Assembly (NCBI RefSeq): GCF_037042905.1
Contig: NC_087246.1
Span: forward strand, 9,488,001 to 9,552,000
DNA from: Lytechinus pictus
Lineage: Eukaryota
Reading direction: 5' to 3'
Length of the DNA stretch: 64,000 bases
In this document: positions 53,310 to 64,000 of the stretch, piece after piece
Layout: every line of letters starts with the position of its first letter
Numbering within the stretch: position 1 is the stretch's first letter
Translations under genes and position numbers: made by a program
The notes under the pieces: model-generated
What the model saw: the letters and a program-made list of their open reading frames with translations, nothing else
What the model was told of the DNA's origin: nothing
Databases searched by the model: none

Positions 53310-54454
53310 GTAAGTATTTTTGCCCATAACATAAAATTGATAAATTGTCATTGAAAAATTAAAATGTTAATTTACAATTACACGAGTCACGAGATCTAAA
53401 CAGTTTGAAGTCATAGGATATGCAGAAATATTTATTGTATGTCATTCTGCTGTTCTAGTATTAGGGCCTACCTTTCTTCAAGTCAAGCTTTCATGAAGTT
53501 TCATCCGTTTGTAATAATTAATTGTATTAAACTGATTCATCTGGCTGGTACGTGGTAACTAGTTTAATCACCAGAAAAAATAGAGGAAGAATCCTACTCC
53601 TAGGTCATGTAGGTTGGAGGTAGAAAAAGGAGAAGAAGGAAAAAAGAAACTTCTATTATTTTTTCAAAGCCGAAAGGCATGAAAGGAGGAGGACAGTAGA
53701 CATGGTAGAGTTGCCGCTGTGTGCCTGTCTGAAAATGAGGATCATCCCTGTTTTTAAGCAGTGTTTAAATAATAAATGGTTGTCTTTGTTTTAAATGACT
53801 TCTCTGGACAAGAAATATACGTGTAGGAAAGTTCATTCACCTGTCAACTGCTGACATGTGGCCGAGACTGATCGAGTGTGCTACAGTGTACATGTAGTCA
53901 ATATACCGATTACTAATACTAGTCAATGTATGTAGAGTGTTTCATAGCAAGCTTATATGAAGATGGCAAGCCATTAAAAATAGTTAACTGGGGGCAATGG
54001 AGGTCACAGAAGCTATTTTTTAACAATCTCAATTTTATTTCGCCAAACATGTTGTTAAAAATGTTAGCAGCATTTCCCATTATTTTACGTCTTTTGGTCA
54101 GAAGTGGCTGGGGTTTGAACTTTCAACCTCCCAGTTGTGAGACGGATGCTCTACCAACTCTACCAACAATGTGCATTGTCTGAAAGTAGTTATGATGTGA
54201 AGGATATAAAATAATATTGTGTTTCATCAGATAAATGAACTGATTTTACATCAAAATTTATTTTGATCAGGTGCCTAATCAAAAATAAAATATATATAAG
54301 TTGTATATAAAACCCCTTTTCAAGCATGGAGTGAGCTATTTTCATTCCCTTCTATATAGTTATTCTCTCTCCCTTTTTATCCCCCCCCTTTTTTTTAACT
54401 CTTTTGAAAAATGGTTAGAAAACTGAATTTTGTTTATTTGGATTTTTCCAAAGA

Positions 54455-54728
54455 TAATAATAGTAATAGGATATTTATATTGCACACATATCCACCTTGT
54501 TAGGTGCTCAAGGCGCTCCTATATTACCCGGCTAAGCTAGGCGTTCATAGCGCACACAGCTTCTTGAGGAATAACTTTCTACCGGTACCCATTTACCTCA
54601 CCTGGGTTGAGTGCAGCACATTGTGGATCAGTTTCTTGCTGAAGGAAATTACGCCATGGCTGGGATTCGAACCCACGACCCTCTGTTTCAAAGTCCGGAG
54701 ACTAATCCACTGGGCCACAACGCTGCAC
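54455..54728 (-). mobile_element. tRNA-derived SINE, same family, inverted
   Basis: Reverse complement of 61471-61740 with few substitutions. Confidence 0.92.
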
Positions 54729-55179
54729 ATGTATAGTAAATGATAATAGTAAATGAAACAGCTACAAAATAGCAAATTTCATCCATTTGCACTGCTTTGT
54801 TCACTATGGAATTGGCTGAAAATTCAAGATATCATGTTTGTAGCATTATAATAAATATTCACTAAATGTAAAGTAAGTGCTCAAAGGGCTATTTTTTAAT
54901 AAAAAGGAAATGTAACCGAGGGAGGGCACTATATGGCTAATTTGAATTCTAATGGCTGAAAAATGCCATACTCTAATTATAACAGCTGAAAAACTTGTAA
55001 TGACCTCTTCCCTTTTGTAATATTGGAATTTTGGATGATACCTGAGTATAAGTCACATTGCTTACCCTTTACCAAAGGCTATAAGTTGTGGATCTAGATT
55101 TTCAAATTTCTTTAATTCTCATTCTTTTGTCTCAATATGTTTTTTTACTTCATCTTTTTGCAATGCTTTACTTTCTTAG

Positions 55180-55280
55180 CGAGCTGAGCTCCTTGCTTCT
55201 CTGGCTGAGCATCAAGCCTCTACAGAGGAGATGTCAATGTTTTCTTCATTTGCACACATTGGCCAGAAGTCAAATAAAAG
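55180..55280 (+). CDS. DHX37: DHX37 exon 2 (RAELLASLAEHQASTEEMSMFSSFAHIGQKSNK)
   Basis: tttcttag acceptor, phase 0 in and phase 2 out; continues the conserved RAE.L..L segment. Confidence 0.88.
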
Positions 55281-56184
55281 GTAACTCAAGAATAAATTTG
55301 AATGAAAACATGTATTCACAATATGAATGGATAGTACATTGACCCTACATATATACTGGGTTTAGGTTTTTCACACTGTGAGCATGATGGCTAGCCGTCT
55401 ATGTAGGAGGAGATATATAAAAAAGTAAAAAACAAAAGAAAAAAAACTGTTATTCAACCAGACAAATTTCAGTTATCGAAATCTAGACTAGCTAGAGACA
55501 TAATTTTTATTGATATGACGCCAGAAGACATGGTTAGCACCGGAATCAAGCGCAAAAGTTTGTCTGCATATCATCTAACTCTTATTTGTATGTTTGATGA
55601 GTTGTGCTGGGTGAATATTGGATACTATTGAATTCATGCGATATTTAGATAATATTGAATATTCGATAATGGTTTTATGAATATGTTTATATATTGCAAT
55701 AACACAGTATGACCAAAATATTATTAATTATGGAAAAAAAGGTTCATAACTATTAACCAAAAATACTGCTCTGTATTGCTTTAAACCAACTCAGAACTGT
55801 GTACGTAAGTTGGTACTCAAATGCCCGCTCTTCATGGAGAAGCACTCATGAAAGCCTCACTTTCTGATAATGAATGTATTATTGTATATAATGAATTTTC
55901 AAACTCGCTGACATATTGTGTTATCAACAATATTTTTCTGACAATAATTGACTAACATTGACATGAAATATTGACCAGCACTACTGAGGTGTACTTTTGC
56001 CACGTTGGTTTAAGATTTAAGCTTACCCAGGAATGTGCTACATAATTTCTTACCTGTTTAAATGCAAGTTAATCAGTGTATTGCATGAAATGATATTAAA
56101 ATGCAGGTCTGTCTTCTGTCTTATATCTTATGAAGATGTGAACCTATTTTTTTTACTGAATCTGACATGCATATTTCTCTACAG

Positions 56185-56563
56185 GAAGCTGGAAAGTACT
56201 GGCAATGTTAAAATTAACAGTATCAGTGGAAGTAACAAGAGAAAGAAATTACAAGAACAAGATTGTAAAAGCATTGATTCATCATCATCTTCATCCTCTG
56301 AAGATGAGGAAGAGGAGGCTAAAGACATGGAGAGGAATGAATCAGAAGGAGAGGAGCAACAGAGGAGTGGATCAAACATTCACCATACTAACAATAAATG
56401 TGTTGAAAGAACTTCAGTGAAAGAACAGAATTCTGCTGTTGCTTTAAATGATAAGAATACAAGAACTAAAGATGAAAGTGATAGTGAAAATAAGACAATG
56501 AAAGACGAAGTCAAAACTGAGCCTGCGACATATGTTCAAGTGAAGAGATCACCTGAAATTCAG
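56185..56563 (+). CDS. DHX37: DHX37 exon 3 (acidic/Ser-rich linker ending PATYVQVKRSPEIQ)
   Basis: Within ORF 56033-56569; ctacag acceptor and CAG|gtatga donor; phases consistent. Confidence 0.92.
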
Positions 56564-57093
56564 GTATGAGTTTTATTTTATGCTCATCCATTTTGTATTT
56601 TCCATTAAGATTATGAAATATCAGAGAACTTGTTCGGATCAACTCTGATACTAGAATGAAAACTGAACCATTGATACATGAATCTTGATTTTATATTCAC
56701 TTTATCTTTGACAGTCTGTTATATAATCTACAAGTGAAAAATAATTATTTCTACATAGAAATTGAAATTTCTCTATAAAGTCATAGAGATTGTTATATAT
56801 TTTTTGCTGTTCATGGCTACCTGATGTATTAGGCACTGAAACAGTGAAATGCATTCTATGATGATTGTAATTGATGCTTTATAACATAAGTGTTAATTCA
56901 AATAGAAGTTACTTTTGAACTGAAATGTCATATGTTGTGTGGTGATATGATTGTCATTGTGAATTGAACTTAATATAGAAATGGACAGAAAATCTGCTGT
57001 GTTCTGAACTTTCTCCAGCATATAGGAGGTCATCAGTAGAGCAAAAGCAACCATTTACAGAGGCTGCTGATTTCACTCTCATATTTTTCATAA

Positions 57094-60000
57094 GGGTCAA
57101 TTCCATATCAAATCAACCGATGCTTGTCACCCGACCCCCTCCGATTTTCTTTAAACTCGCACCAAATGTGCCCCCAAGTGTCTGACGGAAAATTCTGGAA
57201 TATTTTGCCCCAAGGTCAAACGGTTGCTAAGTTACGGCCTCCCTTAGCAACCAATGTCTGGCCAAACAATAAAGTTTAAATAAAATTAGCTATTTTTGAT
57301 TGACTGCTGGAGCCAAGTTTGATGACGCAGTGTTCTAATTTTCTGTAAATTGGAAGAACTTTTTAGTCTTAACACACACAATATAATTTGACATGGATCT
57401 GACCAGCCATTATTGCGCACAAGGTCACCGAACATGGTGTTAAGCGTCCAAGTCAATGTTTTTGGGTGCATGTTTGGAGGCACATAACTTCTAAATTCAA
57501 TTAGCTTAGAACCCAATATTATGCATATTTGAAGACTATGACTTGCTCAACAGACCTACAAAAAATTGGCCCTACCATGCGTGTCAATTTCTTGTAGGGC
57601 GCCCTCAAAGTTGGATTTTTTCTAAAAGTTGCCAAGTTCAAGGTCACAAAGCACCCCTCGTCCCATCCAAGTGCGACCCCAATTTCTGTATACTGATAGA
57701 CATTTACCTATATTTTCATGGGATACTTAACATTTTTTGTGACCGAAATGTTTAATAGCTGGTTTACGCATTCGAAAATGGTCGTAAACACCCCAAAATC
57801 GATGTAAAACGACACATACAAGTTTTCAGCACATTTCAAATTAGGATAAATCCAAAATGAAAAGGGAGCAATCACTGGTATTGTCTGTAATGGTAGTCTG
57901 TAATGAGTACTAAAAGGATATGCATCACAAATAGTTTGTCTTATTTGCAATGCCCTTGAAAAACACAGCTGAAAATCATCAAAAACAATAAATCGGGTCA
58001 ATTTTCCGTAATGATAGGGCGTTAAAATGTGTTTACACCCACTTTCACTTGTTGGTCATTTCAATACTAATGGTGACTTTAAGCTGATAATTGCAAATCA
58101 TGTTCCTTTCTGGTACTATTTTAAGCTCCAAATAATATATAAAGTCATATCTTTATCTTTTGACCTTGACATTGATCTAAAAATAGCTATAAATGCCCTA
58201 ACATTAGCATATTCACAACATGTGAGCTTTACAACACATTTCAAAATTGATTTTCTCACAGACTAAATGCCTGATCATATGGATATTTGCAGTATTGGTA
58301 GTCCATAATGAGTACTTGGAAGATATAGTATTAATTAATTGTTCTTACATGACAATGACCTTGAAAATACAGGTGAAATCCACACAAAAATTAAATAATC
58401 CGCCGATATCCCATTATTATAGGTTGTTTACACCCACTTTCACTTGTGTGTCATTTCAATACTAATGGTGACTTTAAGCTGATAATTGCATGTCGTGTTC
58501 CTTTCTGGTTCTATTTTAGGCTCCAAATAATACATAAAGTCATATCTTTATCTTCTGACCTTGACATTGATCTAAAAATAGCTGTAAATGCCTTAAAATG
58601 GGCATATTCACATTTTAAGGCATTTACAGCTATTTTTAGATCAATGTCAATGTCAAAATATACATATATTACTTTATGTATTATTTGTAGCTTAAAATTG
58701 AACAAGAAAGGAGCATGATTTGCAATTATCAGCTAAAAGTCACAATTAGTATTGAAATGAGACAAAAGTGAAAGTGGGTGTAAACAACCTATAATGGGAT
58801 ATTGGTAGATTATTGATTTTTTGTATAAATTTCAGCTGTATTTTCAAGGTCATTGTCATGTAAGAACAATCAATTAATACTATATCTTGAAAGTACTCAT
58901 TATGGACTACCAATACTGCACATATCCATATGATCAGGCATTCAGTCTGTGAGAAAATCAATTTTGAAATGTGTTGTAAAACTTACGGGTGTTGTGAATA
59001 TGCCAATTTTTAAGGCATTTACAGCTATTTTTAGATCAATGTCAAGGTCAAAAGATAAAGATATGACTTTATGTATTATTTGGAGCCTAAAATAGAACCA
59101 GAAAGGAACACGATTTGCAATTATCAGCTTAAAGTCACCATTAGTATTGAAATGACACACAAGTGAAAGTGGGTGTAAACAACCTATAATAATGGGATAT
59201 CGGCGGATTATTGAATTTTTGTGTGGATTTCACCTGTATTTTCAAGGTCATTGTCATGTAAGAACAATTAATTAATTCTATATCTTCAAAGTACTCATTA
59301 TGGACTACCAATACTGCAAATATCCATTCGATCAGGCATTCAGTCTGTGAGAAAATCAATTTTGAAATGTGTTGTAAAGCTCACGTGTTGTGAATATGCT
59401 AATGTTAGGGCATTTATAGCTATTTTTAGATCAATGTCAAGGTCAAAAGATAAAGATATGACTTTATGTATTATTTGGAGCCTAAAATAGAACCAGAAAG
59501 GAACATGATTTGCAATTATCAGCTTAAAGTCACCATTAGTATTGAAATGACACACAAGTGAAAGTGGGTGTAAACAACCTATAATAATGGGATATCGGCG
59601 GGTTATTGAATTTTTGTGTGGATTTCAGCTGTATTTTCAAGGTCATTGTCATGTAAGAACAATTAATTAATACTATATCTTCAAAGTACTCATTATGGAC
59701 TACCAATACTGCAAATATCCATATGATCAAGCATTCAGTCTGTGAGAAAATCAATTTTGAAATGTGTTGTAAAGCTCACGTGTTGTGAATATGCTAATGT
59801 TAGGGCATTTATAGCTATTTTTAGATCAATGTCAAGGTCAAAAGATAAAGATATGACTTTATATATTATTTGGAGCTTAAAATAGAACCAGAAAGGAACA
59901 TGATTTGCAATTATCAGCTTAAAGTCACCATTAGTATTGAAATGACCAACAAGTGAAAGTGGGTGTAAACACATTTTAACGCCCTATCATTACGGAAAAT

Positions 60001-60915
60001 TGACCCGATTTATTGTTTTTGATGATTTTCAGCTGTGTTTTTCAAGGTCATTGCAAATAAGACAAACTATTTGTGATGCATATCCTTTTAGTACTCATTA
60101 CAGACTACCATTACAGACAATACCAGTGATTTCTCCCTTTTCATTTTGGATTTATCCTAATTTGAAATGTGCTGAAAACTTGTACGTGTCGTTTTACATC
60201 GATTTTGGGGTGTTTACGACCATTTTCGAATGCGTAAACCAGCTATTAAACATTTCGGTCACAAAAAATGTTAAGTATCCCATGAAAATATAGGTAAATG
60301 TCTATCAGTATACAGAAATTGGGGTCGCACTTGGATGGGACGAGGGGTGATTTGTGACCTTGAACTTGGCAACTTTTAGAAAAAATCCAACTTTGAGGGC
60401 GCCCTACAAGAAATTGACACGCATGGTAGGGCCAATTTTTTGTAGGTCTGTTGAGCAAGTCATAGTCTTCAAATATACATAATATTGGGTTCTAAGCTAA
60501 TTGAATTTGGAAGTTATGAGCCTCCAAACATGCACCCAAAAACATTGACTTGGACGCTTAACACCATGTTCGGCGACCTTGTGCGCAATAACGGCTGGTC
60601 AGATCCACGTCTAATTATATTGTGTGTGTCAAGACTATAAAGTTCTTCCAATTTACAGAAAATTAGAACACTGCGTCATCAAACTTGGCTCCAGCAGTCA
60701 ATCAAAAATAGCTAATTTTATTTAAACTTTATTGTTTGACCAGACATTGGTTGCTAAGGGAGGCCATAACTTAGCAACCGTTTGACCTTGGGGCAAAATA
60801 TTTCATTTTTTTCTGTCAGACACTTGGGGGAACATTTGGTGCGAGTTTAAAGAAAATCGAAGGGGGTCGGGTGACAAATTGTCTAAAAATTGGTTGATTT
60901 GACGTGGATTGACCC
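57094..60915. mobile_element. Foldback-type non-autonomous DNA transposon (giant palindrome) in DHX37 intron 3
   Basis: Termini GGGTCAAT...ATTGACCC; 4-bp TSD ATAA (57090-57093 / 60916-60919); ~940-bp outer inverted arms, inner 395-bp tandem units, symmetry centre at 58601-58610. Confidence 0.9.
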
Positions 60916-60945
60916 ATAAACAAAGATCTGTCTTCTGTTCTGTAG

Positions 60946-61094
60946 GAGGGGAGGCTTGCATTGCCAATTCTTGCTGAGGAACAGGTTGTAATGGAGGGTA
61001 TCCATGACAACCCTGTTGTTATCATCTGTGGTGAGACTGGGAGTGGAAAGACAACTCAAGTACCTCAGTTTCTCTATGAAGCTGGTTATGCAAT
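60946..61094 (+). CDS. DHX37: DHX37 exon 4 ([49 protein letters not shown])
   Basis: Walker A motif GETGSGKTT; ag/gtaag boundaries. Confidence 0.97.
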
Positions 61095-61470
61095 GTAAGG
61101 ATCCTTTGTTTAACCCTTTCCATGCTATCAATTTTTTTAAGTTGATATAAACTTTTAAAAGAACAAAATTATTGTACAAATGATGGAAAAAACATGTTTC
61201 TGAGGAAAAAAAATGATCATAAAAGTTTCTAGAAAAGAACTAAGTATCAATACAAAGAAGAAAATTAATTTTCAAGTCATTTATATTTAAGGAAATGCCA
61301 TGCAAATATTTGGACAAGATTTGCTGGGCATAGTAGGGGATAAGCTTTGATTGTAAACTCATGATATGGTCAACAATCTTGATATAAATCTATAAAGACA
61401 TTGAACACATTTTTTAGTCAAATAGATAAAAAAAATACATGTGAAAGTGCATCTATGTAGGTGGAATATT

Positions 61471-61751
61471 GTGGAGCGTTGTGGCCCAGTGGATTAGTCT
61501 TCGGACTTTGAAACAGAGGGTCGTGGGTTCGAATCCCAGCCATGGCGTAATTTCCTTCGGCAAGAAACTGATCCACAATGTGCTGCACTCAACCCAGGTG
61601 AGGTAAATGGGTACCGGTAGGAAGTAATTCCTTAAAAAGCTGTGTGCGCTATGAACGCCTAGCTTAGCCGGGTAATATAGGAGCGCCTTGAGCACCTAAC
61701 AAGGTGGATATGTGCGCAATATAAATACCCTATATTATTATTATTATTATT
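61471..61751 (+). mobile_element. tRNA-derived SINE
   Basis: Pol III A box TGGCCCAGTGG, B box GGTTCGAATCC, central domain, (ATT)n tail; possible aatattg TSD. Confidence 0.92.
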
Positions 61752-61870
61752 AATATTGAGAAATTTGAAGTAATTCTGCCATGTGTTGGGAACCAAAGTT
61801 GAATTTCTCAAATATACATTTGAATTTAGCAATTGCATTTTTAATAAGCCTTTTTTGTTTTGTTTTGCAG

Positions 61871-61960
61871 GAAAGGTCTGATAGGTGTAACAGAACCACG
61901 ACGTGTAGCTGCAGTTAGTATGTCACAACGTGTTGCCAAAGAGATGAATCTACCTCACAG
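61871..61960 (+). CDS. DHX37: DHX37 exon 5 ([29 protein letters not shown])
   Basis: Motif Ia TEPRRVAA; ttgcag/gtatgt boundaries. Confidence 0.97.
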
Positions 61961-62204
61961 GTATGTAATTACTATGCCATCACATTTGCTTCATTGAGAA
62001 TTGCTACAATGAAAAATCTGCACAAAGATTAATCCAGACTTAAAACCCTAATCTAAGACACGTATCCTACCCTGATGATGATCCCAGCATTTCCAAAACA
62101 CTAAAGCCCTATATATCATAACCATAACCTAATGATGAGTTTTTTCTGCTGTCTAATGTGGGTTCATGTTTTTAGCTGTACTTTGTTATTTCTCTCATTA
62201 ACAG

Positions 62205-62301
62205 TGTGGTTTCCTATCAGATCCGTTATGCTGGCAACGTTTCAGATGATACAAAGATCAAATTCATGACTGATGGTGTGCTAATGAAGGAGGTCCAGAA
62301 G
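62205..62301 (+). CDS. DHX37: DHX37 exon 6 ([32 protein letters not shown])
   Basis: SYQIRY and motif Ib FMTDGVL; phases consistent. Confidence 0.96.
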
Positions 62302-63031
62302 GTTGGTGAAATAATAACTTACATTCTGAACTTAGTTTATAATACAACATATTTTAGCAAAAGTTCATCTCCTTGAGTAAGTATGTATATGTAGCTAAAG
62401 GGATGCACATCATAAACATTTGATGTTCTGTTTATTATTTCTGTTGCTACCCCTTTTTAAAGAACTAAATGGAAATTAAGTTAATAAGGTAGTATCTTGA
62501 CATTTAGAGCAAGATACAATTCCAGTAAACATGGAATAGGGCTAGGCAAACTATTGATTTTTTTGTATACCTGTAAGTTTACTTCAAATTTATTGAACTT
62601 GAGTCAGAATATGGTGTACATGATTTGATATAAATTTGGGGAATATTGAAAGTTTTCCTGTGAGGAAGAGTAACTAGTCATAAATAACACTGATTTTTTT
62701 TCTACCTTAAAGAAAAGTTTATCTTAAATTACTGTAAAATTGTCATTGTTCAAAAGCAAACTCAGTCATATGACTGATCATGACCCTATTACCCTATCTT
62801 AGTTTCTGTTTAAATTAAGCCTAGATTTGAAATTATTAAGACCCCCTTGTCATGTCTGATTTAAAAAAATCTTTGTAAAAGTAATTTTTTTAATCCAACA
62901 CTAATTGTAATTTCTACTCTTCTGGCTCATCCCAGTAACTATTGATTCTAGGTAAATGAGAAATTATTTTTAATTTAGACCAAACTGTCTAATTTTTTTT
63001 CTCCATATTCATATATTATTCCACTTTACAG

Positions 63032-63145
63032 GATTTCTTACTCACCAAGTATTCTGTCATCATCATTGATGAAGCTCATGAAAGGAGTGTGTATACAGAT
63101 ATCCTTATTGGTCTACTGTCCAGGATTGTACCACTAAGACATAAG
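63032..63145 (+). CDS. DHX37: DHX37 exon 7 ([38 protein letters not shown])
   Basis: DEAH box followed by [17 protein letters not shown], characteristic of DHX37. Confidence 0.97.
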
Positions 63146-63306
63146 GTATGATTTTTAATCTCATTTTCATTAAGGACGGGGCATTGAGTGTAATGTCATA
63201 AAGGATAATTGTGAATGAGAGGGAAGAAAATAATGAATATCAGATGGGTAGTTATAGGGTTTATAAATGAGGCTGGAAGTGATATTAATATATATAATTT
63301 GGTAAA

Positions 63307-63690
63307 TTGTGGATGCTTTGTGATTTGTGTTGTGGTTCTGACTCTCTCCTTGTAATCACAGCAACAAATTCTTCCACATTGAGCTGAAGCTGACCCAGTT
63401 GAGGTTAATGAACACTGTAAGGAAGGCATTCCTAAAAAATCTGTGAGCACTGAAGTCACTTGCCTAGTTTAAATAGGAACACCTGGGCTCCGTAACACAA
63501 AGGTTTGCGATGGATTGCAATTATGAAAGAACCGCACTGATTGGTCCCTGGTCAGTATTTTAAACCAAATGCGTGTGTATCATTGATATATTGATTGGTC
63601 AGTTCATTTCGCGATTGATTGCTATTCTTTGTGTTGCGGAGCCCTGGAGCACCTAGCAAGGTGGTTATGTGTGCAATATATATACCCTTT
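63307..63690 (+). mobile_element. Older degenerate copy of the same SINE, split by a MITE
   Basis: ccacattgagctgaagctgacccagttgagg body before the MITE and gagcacctagcaaggtggttatgtgtgcaatata tail after it. Confidence 0.65.
63486..63643. mobile_element. Harbinger-type MITE nested in an old SINE
   Basis: TIR GGCTCCGTAACACAAAG / CTTTGTGTTGCGGAGCC; CTG TSD. Confidence 0.85.
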
Positions 63691-63847
63691 GTTGGGTGGC
63701 CAGCAATACTGTCACTTCAGAGATTGTATCTTATATGCTATTGGCAGGATCATATTCATTGTTTGGTCCTTACGTATTAGTTGTTTTTGCACATGCATTA
63801 TTTCCTTCTATTTAATCAATGTGTTTTATATTGGTTTGATATTCTAG

Positions 63848-63949
63848 AAAGGAAACCCTTTGAAGCTTGTCATTATGTCAGCTACTCTGAGAGTTGAAGA
63901 CTTCACAGAGAACAAGAGACTATTCAAGGTCACTCCACCAGTCATCAAG
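63848..63949 (+). CDS. DHX37: DHX37 exon 8 ([34 protein letters not shown]); gene continues beyond the window
   Basis: Motif III SAT with DHX37-type LRVEDF. Confidence 0.96.
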
Positions 63950-64000
63950 GTACACACATTTATATTCATGTTACTTCCCTCCACCCAGGGTAGTGTTTCT

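Noticed and set aside
58030..59970. CRISPR-like array
   Set aside because: Whole units repeat with no unique spacers; eukaryotic context and no cas genes.
57286..60458. Mirror-image and repeated short ORFs suggesting a gene cassette
   Set aside because: They arise from the palindrome and its tandem units; no recognisable protein motifs.
61475..61546. tRNA gene
   Set aside because: tRNA-like head continues into a SINE body and ATT tail, with a second copy at 54455-54728.
52989..63949. DHX33, giving conserved synteny with vertebrate DERL2-DHX33
   Set aside because: N-terminus and helicase motifs ([28 protein letters not shown]) are DHX37-type.

Overview
AT-rich animal genomic DNA with spliceosomal introns, not a prokaryotic locus. 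The tRNA-SINE, MITE and DNA-transposon repertoire suggests a marine invertebrate deuterostome such as a sea urchin (inference). Three protein-coding genes can be built by hand with phase-consistent exons. (1) The last three exons of a + strand multi-C2H2 zinc-finger gene (3519-15479). (2) A complete - strand Derlin-2 (six coding exons, 39412-29028, 247 aa) with one clear U12-type minor-spliceosome intron. (3) The first eight coding exons of the + strand DEAH helicase DHX37 (52989-63949, running off the window). Much of the rest is transposon-derived: two Academ-like non-autonomous elements (TAG...CTA ends, 3-bp TSDs) built from ~190-bp inverted subrepeats; a 3.8-kb foldback palindrome ending 30 nt before a DHX37 exon; decayed Harbinger and Merlin transposases; Kolobok-like and Harbinger-like MITEs; tRNA-derived SINEs; two LINE 3' fragments; and a 1.3-kb pyrimidine minisatellite. 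I see no convincing wholly new biological system. The most unusual signals are the non-coding foldback architectures with ~190-200-bp motif periodicity and the TE-loaded U12 intron.
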